A model generated the notes under the pieces. It did no database searches and was not told the origin of the DNA. It saw nothing but the letters and a program-made list of their open reading frames with translations. A DNA stretch of 52,703 nucleotides from a virus. Both the position numbers and the translations under genes were made by a program. Positions 24,568 through 31,873 of this stretch are shown here, piece after piece. Location of the stretch: the IMG/VR virus record IMGVR_UViG_3300024265_000064. One strand, 5' to 3'. The number at the start of each line of letters is the position of its first letter. Within the stretch, counting starts at the first letter, position 1.

Positions 24568-24638
24568 GCGCTTGTGGTATAAAGGCAGAATTCTAGGTTT
24601 CCACCCTGGCGATGTGGGTTCGATTCCCACCAGGCGCT
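24568..24638 (+). tRNA. tRNA-Gly(TCC), U73, CCA encoded
   Basis: Anticodon arm CTAGG-TTTCCAC-CCTGG, T-arm GTGGG-TTCGATT-CCCAC. Confidence 0.75.
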
Positions 24639-24745
24639 CCAATATACACTCTAGCATCCTCTCTCGTCCCACCAGCTCCACTCAGAGACACTCAAGTGAG
24701 ACACCCATGGGGTTACACCCCGAGAGTCGAGAGGGACTCTGAATT

Positions 24746-24816
24746 GCCCTTATAGTTCAATGGCAGAACCATGGTTTTGTAAACCATATATCTCAGTTCG
24801 ATTCTGGGTGAGGGCT
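24746..24816 (+). tRNA. tRNA-Thr(TGT), CCA encoded
   Basis: D-arm GTTC-AATGGCA-GAAC, anticodon arm ATGGT-TTTGTAA-ACCAT. Confidence 0.8.
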
Positions 24817-24820
24817 CCAA

Positions 24821-25027
24821 ATGGTAGGTTGGATAGCTGAACATAAATTTTGTCACCTTGGCATCGGAAGATGTCATGAAGAACTCAAGCTTGTAAGTTT
24901 CATGAGCGATCGATTACTGGTCTTCGAATCCAAAGAAAAAGTTTTAGAATTTATCTCATGGAATAATCTGTACAATGTTACACCGATGGAGCATGTGTGG
25001 TACGATGACTATGAAATGCCTGGATGA
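24821..25027 (+). CDS. hypothetical protein (68 aa); 3' end overlaps next tRNA
   Basis: ORF between two tRNAs. Confidence 0.4.
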   Translation: MVGWIAEHKFCHLGIGRCHEELKLVSFMSDRLLVFESKEKVLEFISWNNLYNVTPMEHVWYDDYEMPG

Positions 25028-25088
25028 TTCAATGGTAGAATATCGTTGTGGTATAGCGAATATGAGAGTTCGATTCTCTCTCTAGGCT
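25018..25088 (+). tRNA. tRNA-Thr(GGT), CCA encoded
   Basis: D-arm ATTC-AATGGTA-GAAT, anticodon arm TCGTT-GTGGTAT-AGCGA, T-arm GAGAG-TTCGATT-CTCTC. Confidence 0.75.
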
Positions 25089-25092
25089 CCAA

Positions 25093-25332
25093 ATGTCAGT
25101 GATTACATGTGATTGTGACTGTGATCTTTGGAATAAGATTGGAGCACCAGTTGATAAAATCCCAGAATGTGTATTCGGTGGAATTCATTATTTCAAGAAT
25201 AAACGAAAAGCTGCAGAGAAGTGGATCGAATTAAAGTCATTCTATCGTATAGTTTCTGGATCTTGTTTTTCAGTGCCATACTACTGGGCAGTTCATCTGA
25301 ATGGGAAACACATACTTAAAGTCAAACCATGA
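25093..25332 (+). CDS. hypothetical Cys-rich protein (79 aa)
   Basis: CDCDCD motif. Confidence 0.45.
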   Translation: MSVITCDCDCDLWNKIGAPVDKIPECVFGGIHYFKNKRKAAEKWIELKSFYRIVSGSCFSVPYYWAVHLNGKHILKVKP

Positions 25333-26024
25333 ATTTTGTATTTGATGTAGATGGCACTCTCACTCCTCCGCGGAGCAAGATGTCAAAAGAGTTTAAGGAA
25401 TTTTTCCTTGAATGGATGAAAGACAAACAAGTTTATCTTCTAACCGGAAGTGATAAAGACAAGACGATAAGTCAAGTTGGTCAAAAAATCTGGGAAGGTG
25501 TGACCGCAGTTCATCAAACATGCGGTAATGAAGTCTGGACTCAAGGAAAACTTGTTTACGAGAATAAATGGGAAGCATCTGACTCCATGATGGCTTTATT
25601 CAATGACATTGTCAATAAATCAAAATATCCTGAAAGACACGGAAACCACGTTGAAGTTCGAACAGGGATGGTAAATGTCTCAACGGTTGGAAGAAATGCA
25701 ACGACGAAACAACGTGAAGACTACGTAGCTTGGGACGCTACCAATAAAGAGCGTGAACACTGGTGCAAAGTCATAAAGAGAATTCACAGATACACGCTTG
25801 ATGCCTCAGTCGGTGGTGAAATTAGCATTGACGTTCATCCGATTGGAAAAGATAAGTCACAGATATTAGATGATCTGTTTGGCGAAGTTCATTTCTTCGG
25901 AGATAAGTGTGGCAAGGGTGGAAATGATTATCCACTTGCTATAAAGATGAAAGGGAGTATACAACATCATGTCCACCAAGTAAAAGGACCTGAACATACA
26001 AGAAAGTTGATTGAGAGATATTGA
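25329..26024 (+). CDS. phosphomannomutase, eukaryotic type (HAD superfamily, PMM family)
   Basis: FDVDGTLTPPR, LLTGSD, RTGMVNVSTVGR, GGEISIDVHP, FFGDK..GGNDYP all line up with PMM1/2 motifs (FDVDGTLT, GGSD, RNGMLNVSPIGR, GGQISFDVFP, FFGDKT.PGGND). Confidence 0.8.
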   Translation: MNFVFDVDGTLTPPRSKMSKEFKEFFLEWMKDKQVYLLTGSDKDKTISQVGQKIWEGVTAVHQTCGNEVWTQGKLVYENKWEASDSMMALFNDIVNKSKYPERHGNHVEVRTGMVNVSTVGRNATTKQREDYVAWDATNKEREHWCKVIKRIHRYTLDASVGGEISIDVHPIGKDKSQILDDLFGEVHFFGDKCGKGGNDYPLAIKMKGSIQHHVHQVKGPEHTRKLIERY

Positions 26025-26242
26025 AGATTGAAGAAGTAAAGTGTCAGAAATGTGGAAATGGAGTTGTCCTGAGACACAACAGAAAGAATTTAAATTCTTT
26101 CTACGGATGTTCAATATATCCAAAGTGTAAAAGAACAATGACAGTTAAAGAATATAACAAGCAAGTTTGTGATATAATTGGAGATTATCCAGATATTGAT
26201 GAAGAACTTGATTACTTGGATCACGATATATTTGGATGGTAA
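26021..26242 (+). CDS. topoisomerase-type C4 zinc-ribbon protein
   Basis: CQKCG...FYGCSIYPKC matches the zf-C4 Topoisom pattern. Confidence 0.6.
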   Translation: MKIEEVKCQKCGNGVVLRHNRKNLNSFYGCSIYPKCKRTMTVKEYNKQVCDIIGDYPDIDEELDYLDHDIFGW

Positions 26243-26248
26243 TTTATT

Positions 26249-26321
26249 GCGGCTAGTGCAAACAGACGCTGCGAGGCTCATAACCTTGTGAAACTTACAG
26301 GGCGCAAGTCCCTGGGCCGCA
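26249..26321 (+). ncRNA. tRNA-like element (anticodon-like loop CTCATAA) with non-canonical T-loop CAGGG-CGCAAGT-CCCTG
   Basis: Acceptor GCGGCT/GGCCGC pairs; second T-loop of this unusual form (see 17356). Confidence 0.25.
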
Positions 26322-26326
26322 TCTAT

Positions 26327-26410
26327 GGAAGATTGACAGAACGGTAATGTGCGGGATTGCTAATCCCAGGCCGCTGAAAGGTGAAGAGTGTTCGACTCAC
26401 TCATCTTCCT
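26327..26410 (+). tRNA. tRNA-Ser(GCT), class II
   Basis: Perfect acceptor GGAAGAT/ATCTTCC, 3-bp D-stem, anticodon loop TTGCTAA, long variable arm, T-arm GAGTG-TTCGACT-CACTC. Confidence 0.65.
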
Positions 26411-26441
26411 CTCTTTATTTAGTGTACTAACACACTAGATA

Positions 26442-26450
26442 TGATATAAT
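26442..26450 (+). promoter_or_regulatory. extended -10 promoter TGATATAAT (preceded by hairpin TAGTGT/ACACTA at 26421-26438)
   Basis: Immediately upstream of a 5-tRNA cluster. Confidence 0.45.
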
Positions 26451-26451
26451 T

Positions 26452-26523
26452 GCTCTTATGGTGTTAATGGTAACACATGGCTTTCGTAATGCCAAACTCG
26501 CAGTTCGATTCTGCGTAGGAGCT
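26452..26523 (+). tRNA. tRNA-Thr(CGT), CCA encoded
   Basis: D-arm GTGT-TAATGGTA-ACAC, anticodon loop TTCGTAA, T-arm CGCAG-TTCGATT-CTGCG. Confidence 0.7.
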
Positions 26524-26527
26524 CCAT

Positions 26528-26602
26528 TCCAGGGTAGGCAAATTGGTAATGCCGGGCGCCTGTTAAGCGCTTGACTTGAAGGTTCGACTCCTTCTCCTGG
26601 AG
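26528..26602 (+). tRNA. tRNA-Asn(GTT)
   Basis: D-arm GGCA-AATTGGTAA-TGCC, anticodon arm GGCGC-CTGTTAA-GCGCT, T-arm GAAGG-TTCGACT-CCTTC. Confidence 0.75.
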
Positions 26603-26611
26603 CAAATTTTA

Positions 26612-26687
26612 GGGTCGTTGGCATGTCTGGTTTGATTGCGGCGGACTGTTAATCCGTGATAGGTGAGTTCGATTCTCACACGGCCCT
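26612..26687 (+). tRNA. second tRNA with anticodon GTT (Asn), long D-loop
   Basis: Anticodon arm GCGGA-CTGTTAA-TCCGT, T-arm GTGAG-TTCGATT-CTCAC. Confidence 0.6.
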
Positions 26688-26691
26688 CTAC

Positions 26692-26763
26692 GAGCGATTA
26701 GCCAAGCGGAAAGGCTTGAGGTTGCAACCCTCAGATGCCCCGGTTCGATCCCGGGATTGCTCT
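26692..26763 (+). tRNA. tRNA-Cys(GCA), U73, CCA encoded
   Basis: Anticodon arm TGAGG-TTGCAAC-CCTCA, T-arm CCCGG-TTCGATC-CCGGG. Confidence 0.8.
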
Positions 26764-26790
26764 CCAACTTAAGAAAAGAAAGGAAAGGAA

Positions 26791-26997
26791 ATGGCAGAAT
26801 CAACAAGTTCAGGTGGCGTAAGTTTAGGTACTGTTGTATTTATCATTTTTCTAGTGCTTAAACTAACAGATCATATCGATTGGTCTTGGTGGTGGGTAAC
26901 TGCTCCACTTTGGGGTGGATTAGTATTGATATTGGGTATAGTTGCGATAGTAGCTACCATAAAAATAGGGATACGTATATGTACTCATCCAAAATGA
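26791..26997 (+). CDS. small two-TM membrane protein, holin candidate
   Basis: 68 aa, two hydrophobic helices, charged C-terminus; two genes upstream of a lytic transglycosylase. Confidence 0.45.
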   Translation: MAESTSSGGVSLGTVVFIIFLVLKLTDHIDWSWWWVTAPLWGGLVLILGIVAIVATIKIGIRICTHPK

Positions 26998-26998
26998 C

Positions 26999-27550
26999 AT
27001 GATACACTTTACATCAGATACACACTACGGTCACAAGAACATCATTAAGTTCTGTGATCGGCCTTTTGATTCCATAGAACACATGGAACGTGCATTTATT
27101 ACGCGTTGGAATTTACATGTAAAACCAGGAGATACAGTCTACCATCTAGGTGATTTTGTCTTTGGTGGTCGAAAAGACCTAGCACGGATTGTCAATCAAC
27201 TGAATGGGACAATTAGATTGATTCGAGGTAACCACGATAAAGTGCTCAAGAGTCTAGAAGCTCAAAAGCACTTTGAATGGATCAAGGATTACCATGAATT
27301 GCGGGGTCCAGATAAAGTGAAGATTGTCTTGAGCCACTATGCTTTTGAAGTCTGGAATAAGTCTCACCATGGATCATGGCATCTTCATGGCCACAGTCAC
27401 GGAACACTTGGTTTTAAGGATATCAAGAGGTTAGATGTCGGAGTAGATAGCAATACTTTTTGTCCTGTTTCAATGGATGAAGTGGCGGAGATCATGAAAA
27501 AGCGCGGATATGATGCTCCAGATAATCATGGAAAACGATCAAGTAGATGA
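26999..27550 (+). CDS. calcineurin-like metallophosphoesterase (phage Ser/Thr protein phosphatase-like)
   Basis: DTHYGH, GDFVFGG, RGNHD, GHSHG motifs. Confidence 0.75.
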   Translation: MIHFTSDTHYGHKNIIKFCDRPFDSIEHMERAFITRWNLHVKPGDTVYHLGDFVFGGRKDLARIVNQLNGTIRLIRGNHDKVLKSLEAQKHFEWIKDYHELRGPDKVKIVLSHYAFEVWNKSHHGSWHLHGHSHGTLGFKDIKRLDVGVDSNTFCPVSMDEVAEIMKKRGYDAPDNHGKRSSR

Positions 27551-27602
27551 CACTATTTACATTGCATTCACTATTCAATGAAACCCTATTTAAGGATCTT
27601 CA

Positions 27603-28391
27603 ATGAGTTGTCTCGAAGTCGTACTTACTGCTCTTATGGCTCTCAATCCTACATGGAGTGAGGATAAGGCTGAGAAGTACGCAGAACCTATCTGCATTGA
27701 GTCTGAGAGGCGTGATATCGATCCACTTATTGGTGTCGCTATCATGAGACATGAAACTAATTTCAAGCCAAGAAAACTGCATACGAATAAGAACGGCTCA
27801 GTCGATATTGGTTTGATGCAGTTTAACTGTCGTGATCTAGACCAAATCCACATGAAATGGAGAAGACGACTCTGTGATCCTAAGCGTCGTAAGTATTTAA
27901 GAACGATTAAAGGGAACATTTATGCTGGGTTTAAAGAAATGTCTTTTTGGAAAAAAGCTTGTCTGAAGAAACATGGAGATGATAGATTCTTGCATTCTTT
28001 TATAGACTGTAGTAATAAACTCTCTAGATCTAATCTCTTTATATTTAATATACTAGATCTTTTAAAAGACTGTAGGGTTTGTAGGGATTGTAGGTCTGTT
28101 GCCCTAGTCCCTGATAAGTATCAAACTCAAAACGATCAGATACGACTTATAAATATTTTAAAGTCTCATTGGTGGATGCGACACTACAACTGGAATAGTA
28201 AAAGACACTGGCTGAGCGTGATGTATATCTACAAAATTCTTCTCGAGCAAAGAGATGAAAACTATGTAATGGTGAACTCTGATTATTATAGAAAACTCGC
28301 TAAAAAGGGTAAGTTAAAGAAATGTCTTGTAAAAGATGACATGTGTTTAAGGGAATATGAAAAATGGCAAAAAAGACGAAAACAAAAGTAG
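27603..28391 (+). CDS. lytic transglycosylase (SLT domain) endolysin-like protein
   Basis: ESERRDIDPLIGVAIMRHETNF...GSVDIGLMQFN matches the SLT catalytic E plus the GLMQ motif. Confidence 0.7.
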   Translation: MSCLEVVLTALMALNPTWSEDKAEKYAEPICIESERRDIDPLIGVAIMRHETNFKPRKLHTNKNGSVDIGLMQFNCRDLDQIHMKWRRRLCDPKRRKYLRTIKGNIYAGFKEMSFWKKACLKKHGDDRFLHSFIDCSNKLSRSNLFIFNILDLLKDCRVCRDCRSVALVPDKYQTQNDQIRLINILKSHWWMRHYNWNSKRHWLSVMYIYKILLEQRDENYVMVNSDYYRKLAKKGKLKKCLVKDDMCLREYEKWQKRRKQK

Positions 28392-28684
28392 AAACAGAGA
28401 ATCAAACTGAGCGAAGAACAGGACATGAAACAACACATCAAGTTGAACGAAAGACAGATTATGAAAAAGTGCTTGAAGCTGAAGTTAGAGCGCTTAAGGC
28501 TGAAGTTCAAGTATTGAAAGCAAAACACCACTCAGTTGATCTTAGTTGTGACTATGTTGTTCTTGATGGTAAGAAACACAAGATTAAGCTAGTTGCAGCA
28601 GCTAAAGAGATGATAGAACAGATCAAAAAGCGCTATGTCATTGACGACGCAACAGTAATTGCTATTGATCGAAGTGGCGCGTAG
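28364..28684 (+). CDS. hypothetical Lys-rich coiled-coil protein
   Basis: ORF only. Confidence 0.4.
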   Translation: MAKKTKTKVETENQTERRTGHETTHQVERKTDYEKVLEAEVRALKAEVQVLKAKHHSVDLSCDYVVLDGKKHKIKLVAAAKEMIEQIKKRYVIDDATVIAIDRSGA

Positions 28685-29520
28685 TGGGAGTTCGTCCACA
28701 CATTAGTTTCAGTGAGTGGGGCCTATGGAAGGAATGTCAATGGCGCTGGATGCGCGATTATCGTGAAGAGCGTAGATCGCAGATATACGGCGTTAATCTT
28801 GAATTTGGTAAAGCAGTACATGATGCACTGGAGAAATTCAAGCATCCTGAAGTAGAAAAAAATCTAAACCTGTCAGATTCTTGCGATCTTTTTGAAAGTA
28901 AGTTTAGATCAAGATATATCGAAATACGAGACAAAGACAAGAAGCCCCTAACAGACAAAGAAATTGATGAGTGGGTAGTTGCTGGTCGAAGAATAATTGA
29001 GAATCTCCATCATTGTGGTGAGATCGAAGAAGCACAAGTTCTCTTCGTTGAGTACCCCTTGATGGAGAAGATCTCAAGAACAGATGACGTTGAGATAAAA
29101 TTCAAGGGTTTTATCGATCTTGTGATTAAGACGAAAGATAAGAAAGGAAAGTCAATCGTTTACATCATAGATTATAAAACCTGTAGTTGGGGTTGGCCTC
29201 GTGCTAAGAGACAAGACGAGCATTTAGCATCTCAGATTAGACTTTATAAACATTTCTTTTCGAAGAGATTCAATCTTGATCCAAGAAATGTAAAGACAGC
29301 ATTCGCTTTGCTTAAGCGTGTTGCTAAGAATCCAGAGCAGACTACAGAGTTCTTTTCAATCAGTGCAGGACCAAAGACTGTCATGAGAGCTGTCAGTAAT
29401 CTCAACAGCGCGATTACTGGAATGCAGTCGAATGACTACAAGAAGAATCGTGAGGTTTGTATCAATAGATACGGTGATCGTTGTGCTTATTACCAGACAG
29501 ACTTGTGTCTAGATGATTAG
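28684..29520 (+). CDS. PD-(D/E)XK nuclease, Cas4/RecB-like with C-terminal Cys cluster
   Basis: FIDLVIK...YIIDYKT (D...D/EXK) and C-terminal CINRYGDRCAYYQTDLC. Confidence 0.6.
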   Translation: MGVRPHISFSEWGLWKECQWRWMRDYREERRSQIYGVNLEFGKAVHDALEKFKHPEVEKNLNLSDSCDLFESKFRSRYIEIRDKDKKPLTDKEIDEWVVAGRRIIENLHHCGEIEEAQVLFVEYPLMEKISRTDDVEIKFKGFIDLVIKTKDKKGKSIVYIIDYKTCSWGWPRAKRQDEHLASQIRLYKHFFSKRFNLDPRNVKTAFALLKRVAKNPEQTTEFFSISAGPKTVMRAVSNLNSAITGMQSNDYKKNREVCINRYGDRCAYYQTDLCLDD

Positions 29521-29540
29521 GAAATCTTATCTAGTGTAAG

Positions 29541-30869
29541 ATGCCCGATACAAATCGAAAAAAAATTCTAGTGCTATCAGATCATCCTCTCGTGCCTTCT
29601 GGAGTGGGGATTCAGACGAAGTACCTCATCGAGGGTTTGTTAAAGACTGGGAAGTATAAATTTGTCTGCATGGGTGGAGCAATCCAACACCCAGATAAAC
29701 GAATTCAACATGTTAACCCTGAAGAATTCGGTGACAAGAATTGGATAATCTATCCAGTCGATGGTCATGGAAACAAAGATCTACTCAGGAACTTCCTTCG
29801 TCAGGAAAAACCAGATGCTGTCTTACTTGTCACAGATCCTAGATTCTTTGTGTGGGTTTGGGAGATGGAAGACGAGATTAGATCAGTTTGTCCTCTGTTG
29901 TATTGGCATGTTTGGGATAATGACCCATCCCCTGATTTCAATGAAATCTACTACGATTCAACAGACATGATCGGTTGCATATCTCTAAAGACTTACGGTC
30001 TCCTTCAGGACTTAAAATATCCTGAGAGAAAGTTTGGGTATGTACCTCACTCTCTACCAGCAGAGCTCTTTAAACCACTTCCAAGAGAAGACGTAAAGAA
30101 ATTTAAGCAAGAAACTTACGGACCACACAAGGATAAGAAGTTTATCGTGATGTGGAATAACCGCAATGCTCGCCGTAAACAGACAGGCGATGTTATCGCA
30201 ACTTTTGCTAAATTTGCAAAGAAAATAGGGAGAGATAACACGTCACTGCTAATGCATACATCTCCAACAGATGAAGAAGGACAGAACATCATGGCAGTCG
30301 CCAGGAAATATGATGTTGAAGATTGTCTCATAATTTCAGACAAACGTGTCCAATCTGAAGCGATGAACATGTATTATAACTCTGCAGATATCGTGATTAA
30401 CATTGCGTCAAATGAGGGATTTGGTTTATCGGCGCTTGAGTCTCTCTACACAGGTACACCAATGATTGTTCACATGACAGGTGGTCTTCAGTACCAGATG
30501 GGTGATTGGTACGATAAGATCAAAGACTTCAGTGACCAAGATAAACTAACTGCTGGTGCTAAGAAAGCATGGGTTAGTAAAACTGCACGATGGTGGGGAG
30601 TTCCTGTTTTTACAGCATCAAGAAGTTGCACAGGTTCACAGGTAATCCCATACATTTATGACGATCGTGCTTGCCACGATGATATCGTAAAGGCACTAAT
30701 GAAGCTTTATGAAATGGGAGATGCTCGCCGACGTGAGATTGGCGCAGAAGCACGAGAGTGGGCTTTGCAAACATTTGGCTTACAGCAGATGACTGACAAA
30801 TGGGATACACTAATTGAGATGGCCTTTGATGATTTTGAGCCCGTCAGTATGCGAAGAGCGGTGATATGA
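29541..30869 (+). CDS. glycosyltransferase family 1 (GT-B)
   Basis: NIASNEGFGLSALESLYTGTPMIV matches the GT1 E-x7-E-like signature. Confidence 0.7.
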   Translation: MPDTNRKKILVLSDHPLVPSGVGIQTKYLIEGLLKTGKYKFVCMGGAIQHPDKRIQHVNPEEFGDKNWIIYPVDGHGNKDLLRNFLRQEKPDAVLLVTDPRFFVWVWEMEDEIRSVCPLLYWHVWDNDPSPDFNEIYYDSTDMIGCISLKTYGLLQDLKYPERKFGYVPHSLPAELFKPLPREDVKKFKQETYGPHKDKKFIVMWNNRNARRKQTGDVIATFAKFAKKIGRDNTSLLMHTSPTDEEGQNIMAVARKYDVEDCLIISDKRVQSEAMNMYYNSADIVINIASNEGFGLSALESLYTGTPMIVHMTGGLQYQMGDWYDKIKDFSDQDKLTAGAKKAWVSKTARWWGVPVFTASRSCTGSQVIPYIYDDRACHDDIVKALMKLYEMGDARRREIGAEAREWALQTFGLQQMTDKWDTLIEMAFDDFEPVSMRRAVI

Positions 30870-31870
30870 GTGGCGTGCATAGATGGAAAGATATTAAAAG
30901 AAAGCAGTGTGACAAAATGGCAGTTGCAGTTTTAGGTGGAGCAGGTTTTATTGGATCAAATCTCGTTGATAAGCTTTTAGCTCAGGGCTTTGAGGTTACA
31001 GTACTTGATAATTTCTCAGAGGGTAAACGTGAGAATCTAGTCAAACATCCAAATCTTGAAATTGTGAATGGTGATATACGTGATTACAATATTGTGAGAC
31101 GTGTTGTAGACCACAAAGATTGGGTGTTTCATTTAGCTGCGATGAGTCGAATTCAACCTTCTATCACTGATCCACTTCTTGCATTTGAACAGAATATTAC
31201 TGGTACTGCAAATGTGCTTGAGGCATGTAGAGATGCTGGCGTAAAAAGAGTTGTATACTCTGCTAGCTCTTCTGCATATGGAAAGATTAACGAACCACCG
31301 TTAATGGAAGAATATGAGACAGATTGTCTGAATCCTTACTCTCTTAGTAAGAAGGTCGGCGAGGAGCTTATGAAGCTCTACAATGATCTATATGGTCTCT
31401 CCACTGTGTCACTCAGGTATTTCAACGTGTATGGTCCAAAACACCAAGAAGAAGGTGATTACGCTACTGTTATTGCTATCTTCATGAGACAACTTCGACA
31501 TGGGAAACCATTAACAGTTGTTGGTAATGGCGAACAACGTAGAGATTTTACGTTTGTAACAGATGTCGTAGAGGCAAATATCCTTGCAGGGATGAACAGA
31601 GATGTTACTGGTGTGATCAACATCGGCACGGGTGTAAACCATAGCATTAATGAAGTTGCTTACTTGTGTGCTAGAGTAAAACATGGTGATACTGTCGGTG
31701 ACGTAGATTTAAAATATCTGCCTCCACGACTAGGTGAGGCTCAAATAACATTAGCGGCAGTAGAGAAAGCAAAAAACCTTCTTGGATGGCAACCAACTAT
31801 TTCTCTTGAAGAAGGTCTTGCTATCACACACGAATTTCAAAAAAGGACAGCGATAATCGTTGGAGTATGA
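30866..31870 (+). CDS. NAD-dependent sugar epimerase/dehydratase (SDR, UDP-glucose 4-epimerase-like)
   Basis: GGAGFIGSN Rossmann motif; YSLSK catalytic YxxxK. Confidence 0.8.
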   Translation: MSGVHRWKDIKRKQCDKMAVAVLGGAGFIGSNLVDKLLAQGFEVTVLDNFSEGKRENLVKHPNLEIVNGDIRDYNIVRRVVDHKDWVFHLAAMSRIQPSITDPLLAFEQNITGTANVLEACRDAGVKRVVYSASSSAYGKINEPPLMEEYETDCLNPYSLSKKVGEELMKLYNDLYGLSTVSLRYFNVYGPKHQEEGDYATVIAIFMRQLRHGKPLTVVGNGEQRRDFTFVTDVVEANILAGMNRDVTGVINIGTGVNHSINEVAYLCARVKHGDTVGDVDLKYLPPRLGEAQITLAAVEKAKNLLGWQPTISLEEGLAITHEFQKRTAIIVGV

Positions 31871-31873
31871 GAA

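Noticed and set aside
13740-26800. Repeated GGTTCGAATCC-type motifs as a CRISPR array or dispersed repeat family
   Set aside because: They are T-arms of individual tRNA genes with different flanking stems. No regular repeat-spacer periodicity is present, and no CRISPR array was seen anywhere in the window.
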